Under the pieces are notes generated by a model. It was not told the DNA's origin. It did not search any database and saw only the letters and a program-made list of their open reading frames with translations. Of a DNA stretch of 32,007 nt, positions 1-9,056 are shown in pieces. The first letter of the stretch is position 1. The number at the start of each line of letters is the position of its first letter. Position numbers and translations under genes: made by a program. The stretch comes from Trichomonas gallinae (lineage: Eukaryota): NCBI GenBank assembly GCA_008369845.1, contig MRSU01004458.1:1-32007 (forward strand), read 5' to 3'.

Positions 1-73
1 GGTTTCGTAGCTCAGTAGGTAGAGCGTAGTGCTGATAACGCTAAGGTCTTGGGTTCGAGCCCCAGCGGAACCA
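1..73 (+). tRNA. trnI-GAT: tRNA-Ile (anticodon GAT)
   Basis: Full cloverleaf: acceptor GGTTTCG/CGGAACC, D arm GCTC/GAGC, anticodon stem TAGTG/CGCTA with loop CT-GAT-AA (anticodon at 34-36), T-loop TTCGAGC, discriminator A73. Confidence 0.96.
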
Positions 74-79
74 TTTTTT
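74..79 (+). terminator. RNA polymerase III oligo(dT) terminator
   Basis: Run of T immediately after A73 of the tRNA. Confidence 0.8.
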
Positions 80-188
80 ACTATTTTAAATTAATTAACC
101 TTAAATAATTATATATTTTGATCTTTGCTTTTTTCCACTTCATTCTTCATTGATTTTTGAAGAAATGTTGATATAATAACATCTATAC

Positions 189-331
189 ATTCTAATGTAT
201 CTAGTTTTAAAAGAACAGAGGTTATTTGGCCTTCTTGTTATTTAGAAAACAAATTTTGCAAATTATCAAAATGATTTTTTGATTGTTCGAAAGCAAACAT
301 TCCAAATTCTAATGTATCTAGCTTTATAAGA
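189..331 (+). repeat. 26-bp direct repeat, 117 bp apart
   Basis: ATTCTAATGTATCTAGTTTTAAAAGA (189-214) vs ATTCTAATGTATCTAGCTTTATAAGA (306-331), 2 mismatches. Confidence 0.85.
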
Positions 332-461
332 CAACCCTGTGGTAGTCTATGGGTTGCTGAAATTACCTGGGGTGGCTATAATCCGATATCGTTAAAGAGA
401 GGCTATTTTGGTTGCTGTTGAAAATTGACTGAAAATTTCGAAAAATTTAAACGCTTCTAGT

Positions 462-1148
462 ATGGAAGATAACAACGACCTTGTTTTTTCGCAGCTCCAG
501 CAGGAATTGCCTCTGGAGCATGTGATGATTGAACCAGAGCCACAAACAATCGATGACTTCTCGCAAAGCTCGTTTTTTTCGATCAAATATTATCGTCAAT
601 ATTTTAATGTCGACACAAGTGATGTTTTAAAGCGCATTTTAATAAGTGTTAATCCAAGAGATACGTCTTTCTTCCAAAATGCTGTTCCTCCGGATTTATA
701 TGGAGCAATCTGGATTCCATTAACTGTTTCTTTCTTCCAAATTTTCGCGGCAAACATAATACCATTAGTACGCGGAAAATATAAATCATTCAATTTCGCG
801 AATTTCATTGCTTGCAATATTATTTCCTTCTTATTCGTCGTTGTTGGACCAATTGTTTGGACTCACTTCACAAAGACGCTCAACCCACCACCACTGATCA
901 CTACAATATCAATGTTTGGATATTTCATGATTAATGATTTTGCATCAATATTTATCTGCACAGTCGTTGGTGGAAAGGCTGACGTATTTTTCGCATTTAT
1001 TATAGGATGCGTTGTAGGCTTTATTTTCTACCTGAAATTGAAAGCTGCATTTCTCGAAGGTTCATCACAGCGTGCATCCTTCTATCCTAACTTATGCGCA
1101 GCTATTGGAATATGCCTAACATTTGTTTTATTAGAACTTGTTGCTTAG
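462..1148 (+). CDS. Yip1-domain Golgi/ER membrane protein (YIPF1/2-like)
   Basis: 228 aa. YYRQYFNVDTSDVLKRI and PDLYGAIWI motifs typical of the Yip1 family, followed by about 5 hydrophobic segments. Confidence 0.88.
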   Translation: MEDNNDLVFSQLQQELPLEHVMIEPEPQTIDDFSQSSFFSIKYYRQYFNVDTSDVLKRILISVNPRDTSFFQNAVPPDLYGAIWIPLTVSFFQIFAANIIPLVRGKYKSFNFANFIACNIISFLFVVVGPIVWTHFTKTLNPPPLITTISMFGYFMINDFASIFICTVVGGKADVFFAFIIGCVVGFIFYLKLKAAFLEGSSQRASFYPNLCAAIGICLTFVLLELVA

Positions 1149-1719
1149 ATCCTTCTGTTGTTAAATATTTTTTTCTTTATATTCATTCAGCTGATATAAT
1201 ACTCATCTACATCCCTCCAAAGACAACAAATACGAAAATCTAAACTTTGAAAAATATGTTTTTAAAATATTGAATAATTCTATTAATAGATATGTGAACA
1301 TGATTTGCATGAATAACCAATCAAAATCACTAATAGTAGTGATATTTTAAAAGCCAAGGTCTGATAATGAATGTTTGATGAAAAAGGATTCAATAGGATT
1401 AAAATTAAGGAATTTTGAAGAATAAATCGAATATTATTTATATATGACTTGTTAATATATCGATTATTTGTCGAACAGGCCATTCATTATCAATTTTTAT
1501 TGGATTTTTAAATTTTACATTTTGAGCCGCAGCATTTAGAAAATTAGAATGTATAGAGAATTAGTAATGAGAAAATAGTGTTAATTTTGCTCTATTTCAA
1601 AGAAAAAAATTCAGAAAAAATCGTAAAACAATTCTGAGCCAAAATTATTCGTAAATGACCAGCAAATGAGACAATGGGCACGGATTCATCGATAAAATGT
1701 AATTTGTTACAATAAAAAT

Positions 1720-1727
1720 GTCACTTT
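1720..1727 (+). promoter_or_regulatory. Trichomonad initiator (TCACT); also reads as inverted AAAGTGAC
   Basis: GTCACTTT. The initiator lies 3' of the ATG at 1718, favouring the ATG at 1757 as start. Confidence 0.5.
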
Positions 1728-1756
1728 TCAATCGCATAAAATTTATAAAATTATTG

Positions 1757-2371
1757 ATGACAGAAGGTGAAGTTTGCACAAAGAAAGGATGCTGCTGCAA
1801 ACGCTGCCCATTTGCAACAGAGGCTGGTGTCAAAGCTTTCTTTGATAAGCATTCCCAGGGTGTTGAGAACATCCAGGCAATGTTAATGTGGAGAAGACCA
1901 GTTCCAATGGTCCTTCTCCTTATTATCGTAGAATTAATGATCGCCTTTATCGGAAAGGCTGATCTCGGTTTCCTCCCAGTCCTTACAATGTTTATTACCT
2001 TCTATCTCTCCGGGAAGATTATTGTCCCGAAGTTCCAGAAGGCAATCTTGGAACAGCTCTTTCCAGAGCTTATCGACAAGGGTGCTGCTAATGTTCCAAA
2101 CCGCATTCGCTCTAACGAAGAAGTTGCTGGATTCATCTGGGCCGTTGCTAGCAAAGTTAAGGAGTACAAGGCCAAGAAGATTGAGTACACACCAGTTAAC
2201 ATCGCTATTCTCCTCGGTATCTCTACATTGTGCTTCATCATCTCAAATATCTTAACAACATTAGGTGTTTTCGCGATTGTTATTCATGTTGTCCTCCTTG
2301 CCCCAGGTATCTTGCTCCACCCAGCTGTTTATCCAAAGATTGCAGCTCCACTCCACTTAAAGCAGGATTAA
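1757..2371 (+). CDS. Reticulon-like ER membrane protein
   Basis: MLMWRRP followed by a long hydrophobic segment, a hydrophilic loop, and a second long hydrophobic segment ending LLAPGILLHPAVY. C-ending codon bias. Stop overlaps TAAA. Start moved from 1718 to 1757. Confidence 0.6.
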   Translation: MTEGEVCTKKGCCCKRCPFATEAGVKAFFDKHSQGVENIQAMLMWRRPVPMVLLLIIVELMIAFIGKADLGFLPVLTMFITFYLSGKIIVPKFQKAILEQLFPELIDKGAANVPNRIRSNEEVAGFIWAVASKVKEYKAKKIEYTPVNIAILLGISTLCFIISNILTTLGVFAIVIHVVLLAPGILLHPAVYPKIAAPLHLKQD

Positions 2372-4030
2372 ACTAAAATATATTTGATTATTGACTCCAT
2401 TCTTAGTGATTAATCTAGCAGTGTTACTATACTTTGAAACACAGCGTAAAAAAGAGATGATAATTAAAATTGATTGTTTTTTTTTTATCTATTTACTCTT
2501 TGGAATATCAATACTGCATGCATATAATGATACTCTATCGCTTTTACAACTGAATTAATAAAAAAAATTCTTATTCTAATGTCACTTTTTATGCGGCTTT
2601 CCGAGAAATTTTGAGAACAAAATCTGACATTTTAAACTAAAATTAGTTGACATTGTTGCTGGCACGTTCAATGCTACTGTAACATTCCTAAAATACTGTC
2701 ATAGATTAATACATGAGCTTAAGATAGGTTTTAGTGAGAAATTCATGTGATGTTTCCCTATAGACATTATCACTATTGTTTCTGTCCTGTAATAAGAATG
2801 AAAGGATTATGTCGAAACTTCTATATTATACAACTTTGAACAATGGATTTTCGCAAGATAATACTGCTGACAAATAAAGAATTTATGACACTTTATTTTC
2901 AGATTTTTATAAAAAATGTCAGATTCGACCTCAAGTATTATTTGTTAGTAGATAGATATGTTACAATTCTATGGTTCTTCGTATTCCTATCCATAATGAT
3001 TATATAGAACATATACACGGGTTTATTCATGAAAAATTATTTCGTGAATTTTTTTTCAACAAAAAACTATCAAACACTTCTCTTCAACCACATACAATGA
3101 CTAACCAAAATATCCATTATTATAATACAATCGTTGCTTTACTAAAGATAAAAAAGCTTGAAAACTTCATTAATTTTGCTAATGAAATGCCATATACTAG
3201 TATAGTAAACATTATTACTCAAACACAATTGAGTTGTATGAATAAAATAGTGTGTTTGCATGTTATTTCAGGAAATAATATTTCTTATTCCAATTTCAAA
3301 GTTATTCAGTTGGCAATAGTATATTTAAAATATAAATAAGTATATATACAAAGTCAACAACTTGAATATAGATGAACACGTTTAAAGCTTAATTTTTAAA
3401 ATTTATTTTGTATAAATGATGCTGCTTTCATAATATGACATAATCAGAGGCATATTATGAGTTATCCATGCCTTTTTTTACAAAAAAGCTACAGAAGAAG
3501 GTCCTCAGAAAAAATTGTGAAACCACATCAAATTCGAGAAAAATCCATTTTCCAGATTCTTATAAAAGTCGGCAGTTGTAAAAAGGTTGAGTTAACATAA
3601 GAATTTTAATAAATAGATCATTTTTAACGACATTTTCAAAATTCTCGCAAAAAATTAATTTCTCGCTGATAAAACACTATTATACATGTTGAATTATCGT
3701 CTCCCAAAGAATGACGCAATAAATCTAACTATTCAAAATCATGAATTTTGGAAATGTGGTTTTATGATTTCTTTTTAATTTCACAGGCGATCCTAATCGA
3801 AAATGATCTAATCATAAGATTATTTTTTGTTTGGTTGGCTCGAAATTACTTTTTCAGAATGGTAAAAAAATCCACATTGAAATAAGGAGTCTCATCATCA
3901 GAGCACATATAAAATAACCTAAAATCCGCTCAAAACCTTTCTATAACCGCAGACTTTTGAAAATAAATTTAAAGTGAAAATGACATTAGTATATCATTAT
4001 ATTGTTCCAAGTGAGTGTGAAAATGAGCGG

Positions 4031-4163
4031 AAAGTGACGGGGTGTTCAATTTTTAATAAAAACCTGAAATCGGCTCAAAATTTTATTGCGAAATTACATT
4101 TTATGGTATGTAGTATATCAATTACCAAAAAAAGATGAAAAGCGGTTTCACATTTATTTCACT
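4031..4163 (+). promoter_or_regulatory. Trichomonad core promoter: M2-like AAAGTGAC, M3-like AGCGGTTT, initiator TCACT
   Basis: AAAGTGAC 4031-4038, AGCGGTTT 4141-4148, TCACT 4159-4163, ATG at 4176. Confidence 0.6.
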
Positions 4164-4175
4164 TTTTTTTCGTTG

Positions 4176-5222
4176 ATGAGCGAAACATACGAGCCAAAGG
4201 TTATCCTTCTCACAGGTGGTGCTGGTTTCATCGGATCACATGTCTGCAACCATCTCGTCCTCAAGTATCCAGAAACAAAGCTTATTTGCTTAGATATTAT
4301 GGATTATTGCGCAAATCTTCGTAACCTTGAGGATATCATGAACAAACCAAACTTCCTCTTCGTTAAGGGTTCCATCAACAACGTCGAGCTCGTCCAGTAC
4401 GTCATGAAGACACACAATGTCGATACAGTCATGCACTTCGCCGCACAATCCCACGTTGACAGATCATTCGGTAACTCCCTCGAGTTCACACATACAAACA
4501 TCCTTGGTACACACGTCCTTCTCGAGTGCGCCAAGCAATTCAACGTCAAGCGTTTTATCCACGTTTCTACAGATGAAGTCTACGGTGAAGTCCTCTCCGG
4601 ATGCGCTGAGGAAGAGAAGTCTATCCTTTGTCCAACAAACCCATACGCTTGCTCCAAGGCTGGCGCTGAATTCATGTGCCAGGCTTACATCCGCTCATTC
4701 AACATGCCAATCATCATCACACGCGGCAACAACGTTTTTGGTCCAAAGCAGTTCCCAGAAAAAGTTATTCCAAAATTCACACTCCTTCTTAAGTCTGGCC
4801 ACAAGTGCTGCATCCACGGTGATGGCTCCGCTCTCCGCAACTTCCTTCATACAAGCGACGTTGTCTTGGCTTTCGATACGATTCTTCATAAGGGCAAGCT
4901 CCACCAGATCTACAACATCGGTACAGATTTCGAAATTTCCGTCCTCGAGATGTGCAAGAAGCTCATCAAGGTCCTCAACATGCCAGGCAAGCCAGAGGAT
5001 TGGATCGAATTCGTCCCAGATCGTGCTTTCAACGACTCTCGTTACATGATCAACTCCGACAAGCTCATCGCTCTCGGCTGGCATGCAAATACAGACTTCG
5101 ACACTCTTCTTAAGGAGACAGTCCAGTGGTATTTAGATCACATGGACTGGTGGAACGACCGCGACATCAACACATACCTTTCTCCACACCCAATCGCCTA
5201 TGCTCCAAAGACAACCGAGTAA
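4176..5222 (+). CDS. TGDS: NDP(UDP/dTDP)-glucose 4,6-dehydratase (extended SDR; rhamnose synthesis)
   Basis: TGGAGFIG, HFAAQSHVDRSF, STDEVYG, YACSK (YxxxK), RGNNVFGPKQFPEKVIPKF, DRAFNDSRY. First in-frame ATG at 4176 (the track start at 4086 is TTG). Strong C-ending codon bias. Confidence 0.95.
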   Translation: MSETYEPKVILLTGGAGFIGSHVCNHLVLKYPETKLICLDIMDYCANLRNLEDIMNKPNFLFVKGSINNVELVQYVMKTHNVDTVMHFAAQSHVDRSFGNSLEFTHTNILGTHVLLECAKQFNVKRFIHVSTDEVYGEVLSGCAEEEKSILCPTNPYACSKAGAEFMCQAYIRSFNMPIIITRGNNVFGPKQFPEKVIPKFTLLLKSGHKCCIHGDGSALRNFLHTSDVVLAFDTILHKGKLHQIYNIGTDFEISVLEMCKKLIKVLNMPGKPEDWIEFVPDRAFNDSRYMINSDKLIALGWHANTDFDTLLKETVQWYLDHMDWWNDRDINTYLSPHPIAYAPKTTE

Positions 5223-5915
5223 ACGAAATTATAAATTTTTTTATGATAATAAAATTTTCAGTTATTCCAAGAATTTTTTTCTCATCTTTTTCTCCGTTCG
5301 ATTGCCAGCATTTAACAGGCTGAGTTACTTTCATCAATAAATTTCGGAAAAAAATGTCAATGAATATTATCTTTTTTTGGCCATTTTTAATTTATTTTGT
5401 TTCAATAGAGTACATATCTTAAAACAATAGAGATAAATTCAATCTATAAACTCTTCCAAATTAAATTTCATTATTCCTTCATTAGCAATTCAACTATCTT
5501 TGAGTTGGCAGTATTAGATATCAATATATAAAAATTGATTCATAATTTCATATTATTAAATTTCAGATAAATATTATCAGAACTATCACAATGTTTGGAT
5601 TAAAATATGCTAATAATAGACAAAATACTCCTGATATACATAGTAGCAATATTAACATAGCAATAATTCAATTTTGATATAATTTTTCTCGAGAAATAGA
5701 ACATAACATTATATTTTTGCTCTCATTTGATGCATTTGCAGCATTAGGTATAATCAATATCTCAGTTTCTCAAAAAAATTAATGCAGCAAAAATTAATTG
5801 AGTCTAGTCACTCCATATTATAGTATATCATTACTTTTAATAGAATCTTTGATGATAGAATTTATCAAACATGAAACCGAGTATATGAAATAACATGATA
5901 GAATAGTTTTTATTA

Positions 5916-7052
5916 TTAGAGGAACTTATCAGAATACGCGATAATAATGCTTTTGTTTTCGTCGATTTGGATTTGGCGTGCATCATAAATATGTTCCGTA
6001 TTATTGGAAATTTTAGTAGTATTTTTTTCGTCTCCTTTGTAATATATGTGTGGCGTTGTATTCTGCAATATATATAAATCACTTGCTTTCTTTACATCAA
6101 TGTGTATGAAAACATCTACTCCTTTATCCTTTACAATTGGTCCAGTCTTGTATGGCGTTAAAGCAAGGTATTCATCCATATTTGGATTTTTGACAGCTTG
6201 ATACTCAATTTTATACTGTTCCATGTCTTGTGCCAACAATAAGCGACAGTCATTTTTCACACTAATATAAAAGTGGCTTCCAGGCAGCCAATACTTAACC
6301 ATATGAAGCGGAATCGGTCCGAGACGATTTAATCCTGACATTGGGTCTTTAACTTCGTATAAATTGTCTGCATCATCCTTGATAAATTCCATGAAATTCG
6401 TAATTTCTGAAACTTTTCCTGTAGATAAGTCTTTGCATTTAAGTATTGTTTCATCTTTTTGAATGTTCTTGTTTACTAGATCGAAATCTGATACATCTAT
6501 ATCAAAGAAATTCTGCCTGTGATGCTCGAAGTATTGGAATATCATAGGATTTGTAGGAACAAGTTTTGGATCAGGATTTTTAATGTATAGCAAAAAATTC
6601 TTGAAATGCTTATCAAAATCATTTCTTATCTCTTGTTGTGTCGTATAACCAGCTTGAATATATTTAATTTCATTTTTTAACTCTTTTTCATAAGTATTTT
6701 CATCAATTTCTATTTCTTGAATTGAAATTTTAAGTCTCATTGCTGATCCGAGAAGATTTCTGTGCACATCATTATAATCTAAGTCGAAAGAAATAGGAAA
6801 TCCTTCTCTGAAAAATCCAATTATTTTACTATTTACTTGTATTCCGCTTTTGAACATGATAGTTAACGATGCTTTATATAAATTGATAGATTTAACTTCT
6901 TTTTTATAAATTTGGACGAAAGTTGCTGTTTCTTCGATTGATGCAATGTAACAATATATGTATTTTGAATTTTCGTTCTCGAGCTTTATAAAGTATTCGA
7001 GGTTGGCATCCTCACTGGCCAATGATACAACAAACTCGCTTTCTTCATTCAT
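5916..7052 (-). CDS. Hypothetical protein, 378 aa
   Basis: Long ATG-initiated ORF with globular composition; no family recognised. Confidence 0.75.
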   Translation of the reverse strand: MNEESEFVVSLASEDANLEYFIKLENENSKYIYCYIASIEETATFVQIYKKEVKSINLYKASLTIMFKSGIQVNSKIIGFFREGFPISFDLDYNDVHRNLLGSAMRLKISIQEIEIDENTYEKELKNEIKYIQAGYTTQQEIRNDFDKHFKNFLLYIKNPDPKLVPTNPMIFQYFEHHRQNFFDIDVSDFDLVNKNIQKDETILKCKDLSTGKVSEITNFMEFIKDDADNLYEVKDPMSGLNRLGPIPLHMVKYWLPGSHFYISVKNDCRLLLAQDMEQYKIEYQAVKNPNMDEYLALTPYKTGPIVKDKGVDVFIHIDVKKASDLYILQNTTPHIYYKGDEKNTTKISNNTEHIYDARQIQIDENKSIIIAYSDKFL

Positions 7053-7883
7053 TCAACAAAAATAATTGCCTTTAATTTTGACATGTAAAAAATTATTTAG
7101 GCAAATAATATCGATTTTGTCACGTAAACAACCATTTTGACGTATCATTATTATTTTTGATAATATATCATAATATTAGGCTATATGCGAATATATCAAC
7201 TAATATTTCCTCATATACATTTAAGTATTGTGATTTAACATGCATGCAGTCATGAGTCAATGAAATAAATTGAATTTGAATAAAGATTTCATTATTAACT
7301 ATAAAACTTCGAGTATATTCATACATAATTGGAACATTATAATTATATTATCTTACATGTGAATGTTATCGATCAAAAAATTTATATTTGCAATATACAA
7401 TGTTTTTCTTTGTAAATAAACTCATATCTATATCCAAATAAAGCGCAAAAACACATGATCAGTCTTCTAATCTCTCTCTGGGCTGAAATACTTGATTTGA
7501 TTGATTTTGATTGGATTTCTTTCACGCCCATAACTCTAAAAAATGCCAATTTTTCATTTTTATGTATTCGATATAATTAAAGGATGCACACTCATTATCA
7601 ATCAAATTTTTCCATTTTCATGAATTTTTCAACAATTTGATAAAATATGACTGATGAAAAAGTCGAAAATGGTAAAAACTCCTTATGAAGTTGATCGTAT
7701 ATGATGTTTATGATATACCTATCGATGAAATTTAGCTTGATTTCTATTAGGCTTTATATATCGATTTGGAAAATAAACGCTAGTATGTATTTATATATGT
7801 AAAGGACTGCACGTATTTGAAAGATTTTTTTAATATATCGATGAAGCGATAACGACAAGGAAATTTTGGCATAACAATTAAAT

Positions 7884-8132
7884 TTAGACGTCCGCTCTTT
7901 CTAAAAGACGTTGATTCATCTGAACCATGACATCATTATCACTCTTCTTAAAACATAAGATAAGAACCGTTACTAACACTGCTAATATAGCACCCCCAAC
8001 AGTAAGGCCTACTGTTGTCCAATTTGGAACCCCTGATACTGATGTTGGATATGGTGACTTGGTTGGCATTGGGGTGGGCTCTTCACTGCCAACCAGGCAT
8101 AACGCAGCTATGAGAAACAGGAAGAAAGTCAT
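7884..8132 (-). CDS. Small type-I membrane protein (signal peptide, Pro/Thr stalk, TM helix, short tail)
   Basis: MTFFLFLIAALCLVG / EEPTPMPTKSPYPTS / VGLTVGGAILAVLVTVLILCF / KK. Stop overlaps TAAA. Confidence 0.8.
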   Translation of the reverse strand: MTFFLFLIAALCLVGSEEPTPMPTKSPYPTSVSGVPNWTTVGLTVGGAILAVLVTVLILCFKKSDNDVMVQMNQRLLERADV

Positions 8133-8703
8133 TATAAACTAAAAAAAAATTCCAAAGTTTACAAAACAAATCAAGTTATATAATAAACACAAACTATAGC
8201 GCAAAAATATCTAATTTGGAGAAAAAAAAAAAAAAATAAAGCAGGGGATTTCTCAATTTGATTTTGTATATAAGAAATATAATCGATACAAAAGATATAT
8301 ATATTAAACCAATAAAAATAATTATGTAAGGGGGGAGAATCCGACGATAAGATAAAAATAAACGATAGATTTTGTCATTTTAAACAGCTAAATAGAGTGT
8401 TAATTATATCGACATTGATACAATTTTATTTGTAAATAAAACAAAATTTCAAATGTCAATTCAAAACATATCACTTCACTTCACTTAAAGATAAATAAGG
8501 GATTTACACCGTAAAAATTTCTTTGAAAATATTAATTGAAAATGATTTTACTAGTGACTGACATAAAATTTTTGTAAATTCGACGGCAAAAAATTTATAA
8601 AATTTTAATCAATAAATATAACTAACAATATGATTATTATAATTTTTTGACACTTTTCCCAGAAAAATCGCAGAGGATAAAAATAAAAATGATTTTGACA
8701 TTA

Positions 8704-9003
8704 ATGACTAATGTGAATTAAAATACATAAATTATTTAAATTTAAGGGTTGGTCACCAAAAATTTTGTAAAAAAAATTTCAGACCTCCCCAACCATTTCA
8801 AATTTAAAATTTAGAGCTAGCATTATTTATAGATTATAAATTTCTCAGTTAGAAAAATTAAAGGGGCTAACACTAGCATGAGAATAAAAATAAAACAGGG
8901 TCTTGAAACAAATGTGATTTTGCGAATATAGAACTTTAATATGACATAAATGTTAAATTCATAAGCTACAAAAATTAAAGGGGCTGACACCTCAAAATTT
9001 GTT
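8704..9003 (+). repeat. Degenerate 117-bp-period repeat (3 core copies)
   Basis: AAATTTAAGGGTTGGTCACC (8738), AAATTAAAGGGGCTAACACT (8855), AAATTAAAGGGGCTGACACC (8972); spacing 117 and 117. Confidence 0.7.
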
Positions 9004-9056
9004 ATAGAAATAATATTGAGAACTTTATTTTAATTTTTGGCGGCGAAAATTTTTTG

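Noticed and set aside
462..2371. Yip1 and reticulon-like genes as a functional cluster
   Set aside because: Adjacency of two genes alone is no evidence of co-regulation.
2971..3339. 122-aa ATG ORF (also 1283-1483)
   Set aside because: Very AT-rich, Ile/Asn/Lys composition, no motif; cannot be supported as genes, though they may be decayed coding DNA.
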